Below, piece by piece: positions 1 through 12,822 of a DNA stretch of 64,000 nucleotides. The notes under the pieces were generated by a model. The model was given only the letters and a program-made list of their open reading frames with translations, was not told the DNA's origin and made no database searches. The translations under genes were made by a program, and so were the position numbers. How positions within the stretch are numbered: the first letter of the stretch is position 1; every line of letters starts with the position of its first letter. The stretch comes from Chiloscyllium plagiosum (lineage: Eukaryota): positions 37,366,006 through 37,430,005 of the forward strand of contig NC_057718.1 in assembly GCF_004010195.1 (NCBI RefSeq), written 5' to 3'.

Positions 1-211
1 GGGTGGTAGGTGAGGACCAGTGGGGTTCTGTCCTGGTGGCGATTGGAGGGGCGGGGTTCAAGGGTGGAGGAGCGGGAAGTGGAGGAGATGCGGTGGAGAG
101 CATCGTCAATCACGTCTGAGTGGAAATTGCGGTCTTTGAAGAAGGAGGCCATCTGGGTTGTTCGGTGTTGGAATTGGTCCTCCTGGGAGCAGATGCGGCG
201 GAGGCGAAGGA
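1..211 (-). mobile_element. Penelope-like element ORF fragment (RT thumb/linker), runs off window edge
   Basis: Minus strand translates FLRLRRICSQEDQFQHRTTQMASFFKDRNF...RTPLVLTYHP; same family as 42651-43125. Confidence 0.85.
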
Positions 212-1299
212 ACTCGTTATTCCATCCAGTCAGTTTACCTAGTCAGAGTGGAATCCATGATAACTGTTCCCTATTAACTCATAGCAATCTTAAGTTTGCA
301 GTCCTATTGTCCTGTAGCATGAAATTTCCTTGCAAGTAGGGTAAAATTAACCACTTAATTTTTAAAAATATATAAACAGTGTCATATCTATCATCTTCTA
401 ATACCATTATAGACTTTTTGAAATGATGAGTAGTGTTTCTGCCTCATCTCTCAAACTCCTTCAGACTTTTGGAAATCTGATCATGGTTCATATGTTGGAT
501 TAAGCAGAGAAAGAGAAACAATTCCCTTTTCTCACCAAACTGGCAGAAATGCTTCCTCAGTGTGATTTCTTTTCAGTCGGGAGCTATTCTGAGCGAGGTC
601 ATTTGTAAAGGAATAAGCTCCTTTACCAGCACTGCACCCAGATCAAAAGCCCAATTGCCATAATTGCTAAAATTACATATATCTTCAAATTATTTTCATG
701 GTGGCTATCAATGTAATCATCACGTAACCACATAAGTAGCTCCATTAATACCACAACTTTATATTAAATAATTAGCTATGAGTTTAATTAATGAATACTT
801 ATTTTTATTTAATTAAATACTTCATAGTTTGCAGAATGTTACTTTTGCAAATTACAAACTGCTGTCTTCATTCCTCAATAGTTATTACTAGTGACCAGAT
901 CATAGTAGTTGAGGCACACTGATTTTTTTGCATGAAAATTATTATTCAAGTTAATGTTCTTACTCAGAGCCTGCGAGTCTGCCATTTATTTCTGTTTCCT
1001 TATGAAATAGTCTATGGCCTACAGCCTGTAATGAGTGCCTTTCGTTTTTGAAGGTAAAACCCATTTAAGTATAAGTGCCTTTAACTCACCTGTGTAACGG
1101 AAAAGTTCCTTCCTCTAATGGCTTGAATTACTTTCAAGGGAAAATAGTTTTAAGTAAATTATCCATGAAAAGTATATGTACAGTACAAAATAGAGCAACT
1201 GAGGTCAAATTACAGCACACAACATTTACCAGACATCCTGTTAATGAAAATGTTTAATGCTTGCAGCTATGTGGCAAAGCTGATTCCTGAAGTAGTTCA

Positions 1300-3657
1300 G
1301 TAAGAAGGCCTGAGGGCCCTGATATTTCAACATCCATCTTGTTTGTTTGATTATGCAGGTATTTATGGTTTGCAATTTTGTTTTCTGGCAGTCAGAACTG
1401 TTCATCCACAGTGACTGGATTGTTGCATAACTGACCTGGATTGTTGCTGGGGTAACTTTGCCACCAATCTGAAAACCCAGTGGTCTTTCCTTCTGTTGGC
1501 ACTCTTTGCACTGTTGTCTGAGGTACACCAACCTCTGGAGTGGTTGATACAATCCAACTCTTCGGTTAAGTCCCAGCATTTCTAAAGGCAACAGAGCATC
1601 TCATTCACCTTACACTGTTTTAGGTATTTTCTGCAGTTTCATCAACAGCAGCTCTTTAATATAAAAGTAGCATCAAAGAATTTTTTTTTCCTGCACCATT
1701 TAACTCTCTCTTGTTAATGGCTTGGAATATTACTATTTTTCCACAGAAAGCATTCTCGAAAGAAGTGCAAATTTAAACATTGGTTGTTTCAGTTAATGTG
1801 TTTAATAGCTACTACAAAAGTCAAAGCAAGTTACAGCAAAGGGAGAGGTCACGTAATTATACATGCTAGTTAGTGCATTATATACAATTACATTTCTTCA
1901 GACATTTCCCTTTTCATAATAAATGCATGCACTATTGTTTATATTTACAATTTACAATTTACTGAAGTTACCCATTACATGGTCAACAAATAAAAATTAT
2001 CATTTGTAATTCCAGTCTGTCCCACTTTCATCAGTCTCTACGCATATATTATCTCTGAAGCATTCAGGTCTTATAATGACATATATATGAGTTGTTATTG
2101 TGGATTTATTTGGTATCTGCTCATTCCTGGAGTAATGACTCCTCTGTGGGGCATATTGTTCCTGTAGTGAATGCTTGACAAAAGCAAAAAGCTTGTCTTT
2201 CAGAGTCAATGAGTTACAGAGCATGTCAAGCTTTTTTGATTTTTTGATTCTCAGTGTAAACAGCTTAATAAAGCTACCACTGCATGTGCTTAGCAGCGAT
2301 CTTGTGTAAATGTTCATACTCTGATGATAAATTAGACAAAAACATTGCTAGGTACAGTAGTTCACAATTCCAATGAACTGTAGCACTACTTCCATATCTG
2401 GTGGTACCTGTATTTTTCTACAGTTTTCAGTTTGTCAGAAATCAAAAATCTTTGGCTGTCAGTACATGAGTTACATACATGAGTTTAGTCATCCTTAACT
2501 GCATTTTTTTCTTCTTGTTTCATTCATTTTTCTTACCATGTTTTATTTCTGCTGTTCTGTGATGACTGTCTCTTCTGTTTTATTTATGTATCATCAGCTA
2601 CCAACTTCTCAAGGAGTTATTTTTTGGCCTCTTTATCTTACTTTTCATTTTTAGGATCTAGGGGACGCCAGAGTTACAGGTTCCTCTGTCTTGTCTTTCA
2701 GGGTGAAGCAGTTTATTCAGAAGCCAGCTTATGCAGAAGCCAGCTTATTCAGACTCTGTTGATGGATGCTGAGTTGGTCTCACACTCTCAGCTATTTTGA
2801 TGCGTGCCAGGAAGATATTCAACATCATTCAGAACATCTTTCTATCCTTATAGGATCTATTCAGCGGTCTTACTGGCTTGTGAAATGCTGCAAATTTCTG
2901 CTAACAGGGTAGAATTCTCCATTTGAGCTTCAGACTTGCTTCAGCAGAGCTGACTGCAATTTGCTCCACATCTACTATCCTGAGCTGAAGACCTTTGACC
3001 TTCCCATTGCATTGGACTCTCAGTTTCAGTTGACATCTTGGGATGGGTATCAATCCATCATATAGTCTCTTTGGTCACCATCTTTTGATCCTTCACACAG
3101 ATCTGCAATGTTCATGATTTTGCACATAGCACTGGTGTTGATTTGACATCTTCATTCTGTAGTCTACATTTTAACAGTCACAAATATTTTTCAGTTTCGA
3201 CCTGGTGATACCATCCTGCTTTCCGGTTGAAAGTGATTTGTCAAGCTAATCAGCTAACATCTTTTTCTGGCAGATTTTTAATGGCTTGTTTTGTTCCTTT
3301 CTAACTAAGTGTTTGCATGCCAAATGATTCTGCTGCTCAATGGAGATCGATACTGCCAGGCAGCAAGTAGTACTCTGTCCCCAGCACTGAGAACAGGCAT
3401 GCCACTCCTTTCTGCTCACCGTCTTTAATTAATTCAGTAGCTATTTCAGAATTCTGCCACCGACAGTGAAACAACTTCTAATTTTGTGTCATAACCCCTT
3501 TCATTTCCATGGTAGCATGAAGTGGAAAATTCACAGCCAGCATTTCAAAGTTGCTGAATGTGTTTTGAACTCTTCTTTGGTGTTTTGTTTTATATTAGTT
3601 CATTCTCTTATTGTTGTGAAAATCTATTCAGTCTCAACTTCACAGTTCTGACATCAT
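1300..3657 (-). mobile_element. Decayed Ty3/Gypsy LTR retrotransposon internal region (gag, remnants of protease and integrase; large internal deletion)
   Basis: PBS-like TGATGTCAGAACTG at 3656-3643 (cf. TGGTGTCAGAAGTG) followed by gag-like MLAVNFPLHATMEMKGVMTQN*KLFHCRWQNSEIATELIKDGEQKGVACLFSVLGTE from 3543; weak integrase-end similarity at 1350-1560. LTR pair not found. Confidence 0.6.
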
Positions 3658-3659
3658 AT

Positions 3660-4245
3660 TTCAGGTATTGATGAAAAGGGTACATTTTGTCAAAATGTTT
3701 TCTCTTGCTCTGTCTATCATCATCGATTTGGTGCATTTCCCATAGCAACAGCACAACCACTCAGAGTTTGAGGGGGTGGCTTAGTGGTATGATTGTGTGA
3801 TTATTAATGTGGAGATCAAGGTAATATTCTAGGGACTTGGATTCAAATCCCGATATGGTGGAATTTGAATTCAACAAAAACATGGAATTAAAGTCTATCG
3901 ATGACCATAAAATGATTATTGATCAGGGGGAGCATCACTAATGTCCTTTAGGAAAGTAAACTGCCATCCTTAACTGGTCTGGCCTACATGTAACCCAGCA
4001 ATGCGGATGACTCTTAACTGCCCCCTGGGCAATTAGGTATGGGCAATGAATGCTGGGCAAACCAGTGACACCTATATCCTGTGAATAAATAAAATAAAGT
4101 CCGTATTTGAACCAATCAGCATGCTCCTCTCACGAAGTATGTGTCATTTTCCTTTCATTTGGTATTTCTTGTAAATTATCCTGAGGAGAACAAAATGAAA
4201 GTCTTCGACACAATGTATCTTTTTACAAAAATGTTCAAGTTCTGT
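3660..4245. mobile_element. Old inverted-repeat element, probably PLE pseudo-LTR derived, interrupted by a SINE
   Basis: 3660-3710 is a degenerate inverted copy of about 4187-4238; CCTGAGGA...GAAA remnant at 4180-4200. Confidence 0.45.
3771..4098 (+). mobile_element. tRNA-headed SINE (family S1), full length
   Basis: A box TGGCTTAGTGG, B-box-like GATTCAAATCC, body ...GAATTTGAATTCAA...GGTCTGGCCTACATG..., tail GGGCAATTAGGTATGGGCAATGAATGCTGG + A-rich end. Confidence 0.85.
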
Positions 4246-4949
4246 TCCACAATGGACTATGTTTCAAGTAATGTGGTGTTGTAGAAGCCAGCTTATGCCA
4301 TACATATAATTACATTTCTCTGAGCATCGGTGGTAGTGGCTTGCAGCAGTGTGGTCTGTATGTCACTAGTCAGTGTTTACTGATGAATTCACATAATGTT
4401 CGGGCAAATAAAGAAGTAATCCAAACTTAATAATCTGAAACAGATGGCATCGTTATGAATACTTACAAATTGGAGTCACTGTGATTCTGATGCAATTTAC
4501 TTATTGTCAATTGCCAAATCTAGCGTCTGCTCACCATACATGAATGCTACAAGTGCAGAATTACTACTTTAAATGATACAGAAAACTGACTTCAGTTGTT
4601 CACAAATAAAGTCGCAAGGAGCTTTCAAGTTTTTCTTCACACAGTATCTGGTTTATATATTGATCGTCAAAAGTTTTTTATTAAAATGCTATTAGGAAGC
4701 TGTGAGTTATTAAGAGACGTTTGGCATTTAGCCACTTTAGGAGATACAAGGATAGATGGCCAAATGTTTGGCCAAGGAGGTAGATTTTAGGGAATACCTT
4801 AAAAAATGAAAGCAGGGTTGAGAGGGAGAGAAATTGGGCCTAGCTGAAGGTATGGTGGCCAATGGTGAGATGATTAAAATCAGAGATACACAAAAGATGA
4901 GAATTAGAGGGGAGCATAGTCTGGGAGAACTGAAGTTGTGCAATGTCTC

Positions 4950-5180
4950 TCAGTGTGGTAAGAAAGCATTTGGCACACTTGCCTTCATTGGTCAGTGCAT
5001 TGAGTGCAGGAGTTGGGATGTTCTGTTGTGGTTGTACAGGACATTGGTGAGGCCATTCTTGAAATACTGCTTCAGTTCTGGTCTCTTCACTATAGAAAAT
5101 ATGATGTTAAACTTGAAAGAGTTTAGAAAAGATTTGCAATAATGTCAGGATTGGAGGGTTTGAGCTATAGCAAGAGGTAG
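4950..5180 (+). mobile_element. CR1 LINE ORF2 C-terminal fragment
   Basis: KKAFGTLAFIGQCIECRSWDVLLWLYRTLVRP. Confidence 0.85.
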
Positions 5181-5844
5181 CGAGACTGCAATTTTAAAAT
5201 TCACATTCATGGGGTTCAATTTTAAGCAGCCCTCTGGAGATCAACTGAGAGGTAGGAGACTAACAAATGCCAGTAGATGGCATTGGGAGAGGAACCCCAC
5301 ATCATCACACCACCATGGGGTATTACTATCATTGAGAACTTCAATCACAGTGCTTCCTGCTGACTCGAGGTACACGGCTAATTAAACCATTGAAGTGGCC
5401 ATTTTAGAGACACTTACTGTCCATGTGCTTATTGAGAGGGGACACCATCAAATGTGAGACTATGATATACACTGGCAGTCTCCCAGTGAATTCTGATGGA
5501 TGGAGGAGCTCTTGCCAACTTGAGAATCACTACCTACCCTTCCCACCAACCCGTCTCTCACCTCAGATCCCCATGATGTTGGAGATTTGTAGAATGCTCT
5601 TCCAGCAGTAGCCAAGGTCTTCCACATTGTGCTGCCAACAAAAAGTCGTACTGTCCAAGAGCCCTCGCATGGGTGAGACTTTCACTCCTGGGGTCTTGAT
5701 TCCAAGTGAAGGCTCGTTGTTGGACTCACCATTGCCTTTTTGGCATATGTTTTGCTGAGCCTTCCCTGGAACAGGATGCAGGTGTCAAACACCAGACAGT
5801 GGCAAAAACTCTGTCTCTTCAATAAGATTCCACCCCCAGCTCTG

Positions 5845-6290
5845 GATTACCCAAGAGGGGAAACATTCTCTCAGCATCGATTCTAACAAACTCCACGCAG
5901 AATCTTACCTGTTTTAGTACGATCACCTCTCATTCTTCAAAACTCTAATGAGTATAGGCCCAACTCATAAACCCATCCCTTCATCCAAAGAATCAGCTTT
6001 GAACTGCCTCCAAAACTATTATCCTTCTTCAAGGAGAGAAAAGCCATACAGTACTCCAGGAGCAGACTTACCAATGGCTTGACTGTTGTAACAAGACAAT
6101 AATATTTTTATACTCCACTCCCCTTGTAACAAAGGTTAACTTTCCATTCTTAATCACTGAACTGTACATGCAGGGTAAATTCTTGTGTTTCACATACAAG
6201 GACACTCAAATCCCTTTGTATTGCAGCATTCTGTCGTCCCAGAATGTGTTTAGTTTTAATTCTTCCCATTTACAGTGGACAAAGTTTGCA
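5845..6290 (-). mobile_element. Degenerate CR1 LINE fragment
   Basis: Similar to the minus-strand CR1 at 12.4-12.8 kb (ctcattcttcaaaactctaatgagtataggcccaac; cagtactccagg). Confidence 0.7.
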
Positions 6291-6469
6291 GAACAATAAT
6301 TCAAACTCTTTTTGGAGACTTGTATCCTGATCTCACTGTCACTTTTACTTGATTTGAAATTAAAAATGTTGACAATATTCCAAACTTAATGGAAAATGAA
6401 AACAGATGCAGCATACAACCTGGCACCAACTGTTATTTGTTCATTTTGTCTCATTAAGACAGACCAAAG

Positions 6470-7215
6470 TAGAAAAAACATGATCAGACAATATAACATA
6501 GAGGGTACAGTTCTAAAGAGAACAGAGGGTCCTGGGTGAGTATGTGCAAAGATCATCGAGAGTGGGAGAGCAGTTCGTAAAACATACAGCATTTTCAGCT
6601 TTATTAATAGGGGCATGGAGTACAAGAGCAAGCAGATAATGCTGACTTTATGTAAGACACATGTTGGACCCCAGGTGGACATTGAGTACAATTTTGAGTG
6701 CCACACTATGGGAAGGATGTGAAAGTTTTGGAGAGAGTGCCAAAAAGATTTGCAAGAATGGTTCCAGGGATGAGAAATTTTAGATACAAGGATAGATTAG
6801 AGAGGTTGAGATTTTTCTCCTTGGAGACAAGGACAAGAAAAGATAAAAGATTTCAAGATCATGAGGATCTAGATGGAGTAGATAGGAGAAACTGTTTCTG
6901 CTTGTAAAAGAATCAAGAACAAGAGGGCATAAAGTTAAAATGATTCGCAAAAGAAGTATAATGGAGGTGAGAAGAAAACGTATTCATGCAACAAATGGTT
7001 CGAGTCAGGAATTTACTGCCTGGAACTGTGGTGGAGGCACATTCAACTGAGGCACTCAAGAGGGCATTGGATAATTATGTAAAGACAGTCAGTACGTAGG
7101 GTTATGGGGACGTGGTTGGAGAATGAAACCAGGTCATGATGCTCATTTGTAGAACTGGTACAGACACCATGGGCCAAATGGTCTCCTTCTTAACCGTAAC
7201 ATTCCTGTAATATTC
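6470..7215 (+). mobile_element. CR1 LINE 3' fragment with tail
   Basis: PHYGKDVKVLERVPKRFARMVPGM; 3' end atgggccaaatggtctccttct. Confidence 0.85.
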
Positions 7216-7669
7216 CATTAGTTCTAAGGTTAAACTTTTAAAATTAGCCTCACTGTTTTAAAAGCATAGCATATTTCAGCAACATAAAAAAAGGTCTTGA
7301 GGTGCTATATAATTAAAATGTTAATGGCTTGACTTCCAAATTCTTTCCTCACACACTGTGCAAACAAGCAGTTTGGTGAATTCTCTCCAGAATTAATAAG
7401 GATTTCAGGTCCTTTGTCTTGGAAGCTTTATGATTTCTTTGTAACAATAAATAAGGACTAAAGTAAAATGTAAAATGTATTGTACCAAAAACGTCTTTGA
7501 ATACTTCCCACTATTTATCTGCAGGTGTATCCTTTAACAGATCAGCTATATTTACTGTAATCATTTTAATTGTCATTAGATTGATATTTGCTTTAATTAA
7601 AACTAATGTTTAGGATTGTCACTTTCTGTTTTCCCTTTCAACCATATCTTTATTTGTTATTTGTTACAT

Positions 7670-8045
7670 TATCACAGAGATGTACAAATTAGGAGCAGCA
7701 ATGGATTATTGGCTGGTTCCCCATTCAATAAGATTATAGTTCAACTGATGGTGACATCAACTTCAATTTCCTAATTACACCAGCAACCTTTGACTCCCTT
7801 GTTTGTCAAGACAGACAATGGTACAACTGGTCACAAAAGCAAAATCAACATTCAGCCCTTCTAACCTGTCAGCTATTCAATAAAATCAGGGCTAATGCCA
7901 ATTTCCACATTCCCGCCTAGCACCTGTTTTGCTTTGCCTTAAATGTATCCAAAGACCCTGCTTCCACTGTCTCTGAGGCAGAGAGCCCCAAAATCGCATA
8001 AATCAATGAGAGAAGGTATTTCCCCTTGTCTCTGTTCTGCAAGGG
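7670..8045 (-). mobile_element. CR1 3'-end fragments (two stacked tails)
   Basis: ccattcaataagatt and attcagcccttct...ctattcaataaaatc tails in reverse orientation. Confidence 0.6.
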
Positions 8046-8454
8046 AAGGGGCAGATTGTCAGTGGTTGGTATCGGGAGTGTGCAATATTTATCAGCATGA
8101 GAGGCTGGCAGAACAGTGAGTAGGAATTCTCATCAGTTGGTGGATTCACTGACTCAAAGCACCCATGCAAGGACTCTGGATTTATTTCCATGTCTTCAGG
8201 GTCAGTCTCCTGGCATTGATCTTCTACTCGCTCCTATTCCCATCTGGGAATGATCACTGAGGGACTCCAGTCTTGTACAGAGGCCAAACCTTTTTTCTTC
8301 TATCAACCTTTTCTATTGAGTCTTCAAACCACATCCGTGAGCCAAGCAGTCCTCTCTCTTCCCAGGGTGCACCAGCTGTGTAGCTGCTACTTGCAGTCAG
8401 GACAGTACAGACAGTCAGCAGCAGTTTCCTTCCAATGAGTGCAGATGAGTGGTT

Positions 8455-8850
8455 TTAGAGGCAAGGACAGACTAAAGAGATTGGACTTATTCTCCTTGGA
8501 CCAAAGAAGAGATGGCCTTATTGAGGTGTTCAAATTATGAACAGTTTGAATAGAGTGAAGGAAGATATTCTGTTTCCACTCATAACTAGGGTTCACAGTT
8601 CCAAGATTGTCAGCAATAGCTAGGAGTGAGGTGAGGAAAAACTTCTTTAGTCAAAACGTTGTTAGGATTTGGAATGCGCCATCTGGGAGAGTGGTGGAGG
8701 TGGATTCCATAGGCAGTTTCAAAAGAGAGCTTGAAAGTGAGAAATTTTTCAGAGGGTTATGGAGATAGGCCTGCAGAATTGGACTAGCTGGGTAGCTCTT
8801 TCAGGAACCGGTACTGCCACAATGGGTCGAATGGCCACCTTCTCTTCTGT
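8455..8850 (+). mobile_element. CR1 LINE 3' fragment
   Basis: ggacttattctccttgga...gaaaaacttcttt...aatgggtcgaatggccacctt. Confidence 0.75.
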
Positions 8851-10409
8851 AAAATCCCTTTAAAAAGGGGTTGAATGCCTTCAGGAGGAGTTTTTAGGCC
8901 CGTGCTGACCATGTAACCAGCACGAACATGGCCTAATGCTCTCATTGTTTAAGTCAAGAGGCATAAAATTGTTGCACATTTTGCATGCTGCCTGCCTCAT
9001 TGGGAATGGAAAGAAGCAAAGCATGAATTGTGACCCAGCTCCACCTCCCAAAAACAGGCTTCAAAAGGGTTTGAGCCTGACTATTCTTGTCAGACCTGAA
9101 GTAAAGCTTTGACCTCAAGCCAGACAGTTATCTGGATTAACAGAACAAATTTACATTTAAATTATCCGGATGGCCAATGTAAATATCTTTAGAATTTCAG
9201 GTAACATTCAATTCACAGTAAATTTGTCAGTGGGGTAACAACAGACTCTTTCTCACAAATTGATTGGACTGTCCTCTGTGCAAATGCTAGGACAGCTCAT
9301 TTTGTTTAAACCAACCTGTCACAATTAAACACTGTCTAAAAAACTCTATTTGTGGTTTGAGAGTATAAACAAGGCTTTTGTCCAATTGATATTTGCTGAA
9401 AGAGGTCTACAATATTTCTAAAGTATTCCCCTTCTCTTTGGTCCCGCTGTGGCTCATTACAATATTTAATGTTGTATTTAATTGATACTACGGTTGGTGA
9501 CTAAACCATATTTGTGTATGTTTTTAATTAAAGCCAAGCATTATATTTTCATAGAGACAACACAATGTTCCTGTTTGTTGCTATTATAACTTAGCATCCT
9601 TCTTTTGCTGCAGGCAATTTCTCTGGTACAGGAAGAGAAATGATTTGGCAAAATATTAACATTGGCTGACAAACAAGAATGAGAACCTGGACTCAGAACT
9701 AAGTGTGCAATTGGTACAATGTGAGTTACATAGAATTTATTGCATAAAACAGGTCATTTGGTATTTCTGGTCCACATGAACCTCCACTCTCCTTTTATTA
9801 TCTCATTCTATCAAAATATCTATCTCTTCCTTTTCTTTTATATATGTTGAACTTCCCCTTGAATGTACCATGAAAATAAGATGATGATAAGAAAATGATG
9901 CACAACTTTAAAATCACTTCAGGGAGAAACTTTTAAAATTGCAGTTCAAACTCTAAGCACAAAAGATCCAGTTACAAGAAAGAAATATTAACAATCTTGT
10001 TACTGTTCAAATTGGAGCAATCTAAATGGAGACACTTTTTGTTTCTCATTACTGAATGTATTATGCCTCAAAAATATTGAAATCCTTAAATACTAGTTAC
10101 CAACCTGCTGGTTTAAGCATTCTTATTTAGTCAGGATAAACAAAAGCAGCTTCATTCTTTGGCAGCTTTTCTCAACAACACTTCCTTACAATGCAATGAT
10201 TTCAACTCAATATTTCATGCTAATGTCTGCCTTTGTTTGTACTGACCCTCTGGTATTTTAATTCTGTTTTTACACTTACTGGGGTAATTCCTTCTCAGAG
10301 TAATTTGGGTAATGAGCTGGATTACTTCAGTTAATTATTATGCACATAAAGTATAAGAAGACAATGGTTTCCAGTTCTGGGCTTTCAGTTGTCATCTAAC
10401 ATCCGATTC

Positions 10410-10770
10410 CCTGGGCTTGTTTTCTTTCACAAAAAGAAAACTGTGAGGTGATCTAATTAAAGTTGTCAGCATCACGAAGAGAATTGACAAAATAGATCCA
10501 GGCAAATTGTTAACCATGGTAAAGGGTTCAAATACCAAATGACAACATTTGAAAGTTTGGCAGTTAGGAGTGAGAAAGGTCTATGGCTTATATGTCTAAG
10601 GGAAAAGAAGTTACAAGTGAAAATTGCTGAAGCTAAAGTACAAATTGGACCAAGAAACAAATGGATATAGTTCTGGAAATGGAAGGAATTGAGGAATATA
10701 TCACATCGAGGGTAGTTGGGGCTGATGTATGAAAAAGGGGATGAGCTCTTCTGGATTCAAAACTTCCTTG
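10410..10770 (+). mobile_element. Highly degenerate CR1 3' fragment
   Basis: ctgggcttgttttctt...ctgtgaggtgatctaattaaagt. Confidence 0.55.
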
Positions 10771-10979
10771 TTTTCCAAAAATAAGACCAAATTTTTGCAA
10801 ACTCACATAAGACACTGATCTGATTAAAATATCGCGGTATTTGATCTACTTTGAAAGAATTTTATGTTTCGGGAAACATTTGTCAAATTGTCTCAAGGTT
10901 TATTGAGAAAGCCTAATTCGCATTCTCCAGAACAACAGCAGTAATTTAAAAAAAGAGAATACCTGCATTGGTGATGTGG

Positions 10980-11115
10980 TAGTTGCTGGCTGGGCCAGCA
11001 TTTATTGCCCATGCCAATTGCCCTTGGGAAGGTGGTGGTGAGCAGTCTCCTTAAATCACTACAATCCATTTGGTGTTGGTACACCTACAATATCATTAGA
11101 GAGGGAGTTCCAGGA
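10980..11115 (-). mobile_element. 3' end of the S1-partner LINE
   Basis: ggccagcatttattgcccatgccaattgccc is the reverse of the tail shared with S1 SINEs and 57750-57820, preceded by LINE (not SINE) body. Confidence 0.75.
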
Positions 11116-12822
11116 ATTAAAAGATAAAAATATTTTCTAAACCATATGAAGCAAAACAGGGAACCACTTTATAAACTATATCAAGAGCTATTATACAGTC
11201 AGATAGCCATATTGCTGAGACAGAAATTTTCATTTAAATTGGCAATCTCACTCAGTGAGCTATAAGCAAGAAAACTGGCATAAAATATGGAAAACTTTAA
11301 CATCTGTGTAAGAGCAAGTGTACTTTAAAGGTTGGACTTAAATACAATTGTTAGGAAGAATAAAAATAATCCCATCCACTTTATTTAAAACTGGGAATAT
11401 TGATTTTACAAATTGGCATTAAAAATAGGAAAATATTCTATTAAAAATCATAATTACTTTCTTGAATGAGTACAAATATCCAACAAAATCAACCATCTCA
11501 CTCAAACAATTGAAGTTCATATTTTCCTCTAACTTCTGTTCAGGAGAATAGATGGATCTTCACATATAATGGAAATAAAATCAAGACAGATGTGTGATGG
11601 ATGGCTGCTTCATAATCTCCAAGGGTCAAAAATACCCGTTAACTGGTTCACCTGAGATCAATGGGGAAAGAAAATTCAATCAAAACAAGGAAACTCTGAT
11701 GATATCATAATAAATAAAGGAGCTAACACACATTGTCTTTTAGAATCAATGCCAATACTTATCTCTAGCACAATAACAGCCCCAAAACACATGCCCTTTT
11801 CAATAGAAAAGGATGTACATTTATGTAAGTATATTACCAAGTCATTTCAAAGTAACAACCGGATCTTATAATTCAAATAGCAGTCGTAACATGCTTGTAC
11901 TCTGCTCTCAAGTTTTACAATACCATAAGATCATTATCATTTCTGTTCATGCCAAATAGTGCCTTGCAGAATGTCACTGCTGCAAGTAATACAGATATCC
12001 TACTGAAGAGGCCATACAAGTATTGTTCAGTAACATCCATAATTGACAGAACAATAATCAGAAGATTCATGAGGCACCTGGCATTTTGATTCAGTTGAAG
12101 CTTATAAAACTCAGGCAGGGATTTTTTCATAAGAGCACAAGATGTAGCAGATATAGGCTATTCAGCCCATCAAGTCTGCTCTGCTATTCAATGAGATCAT
12201 GGCTGATCTGATAATCCTCAACTCCACTTTCCAGCCTTTGCCCCATAACCCTTGATTCCCTGATTGATTAAAAAATGTCTATCTCAGTCTCGTATATACT
12301 TATCTCAGCAGCCTTTTGCTGTAAAAAAAAGCTGCATATCACTCCCGTCAGGGAAGAAATTCCTCCACCTCTCTATCCATCGTCCATATCTATCCTATCA
12401 AGTCCTCTAAGAATCTTGCGCGTTTCATTAACGTTGCATCTCATTCTTCTAAACTCCAGCGAGTACAGGTCCAACCTACTTAACCTATCCTCATAAGACA
12501 GTCCTTCCATACCTAACTCAGTCGAAGGATCTTGTCTGGACTACCTCCAATGTCCAACACCAGTATATCTTTAGTTAGATTTGGAGCTCAAAACGTTCAC
12601 AGTATTCCAGCTCTGGTCTGACGAGTGCCTTGTAAAGTTTTAGCAAAAATGGCCTGACCTTTATATTCCATTCTCTTTGAAATAAAGCCCAACATTCTAC
12701 CTGCCTTTCCCATATTACCTACTGAACTTGGATGCAAACTTTTTGTCATTCATGCATGAAAACTCCTAAATCCCTCTGTTCTGTAGCTTTCTGCTGTCTT
12801 TTGATTTTTAAATATTATTCAG

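Noticed and set aside
620..720. Minus-strand transmembrane-like peptide (KIYVILAIMAIGLLIW) as env of the Gypsy relic
   Set aside because: Very short, surrounded by stops in AT-rich DNA, no other env features
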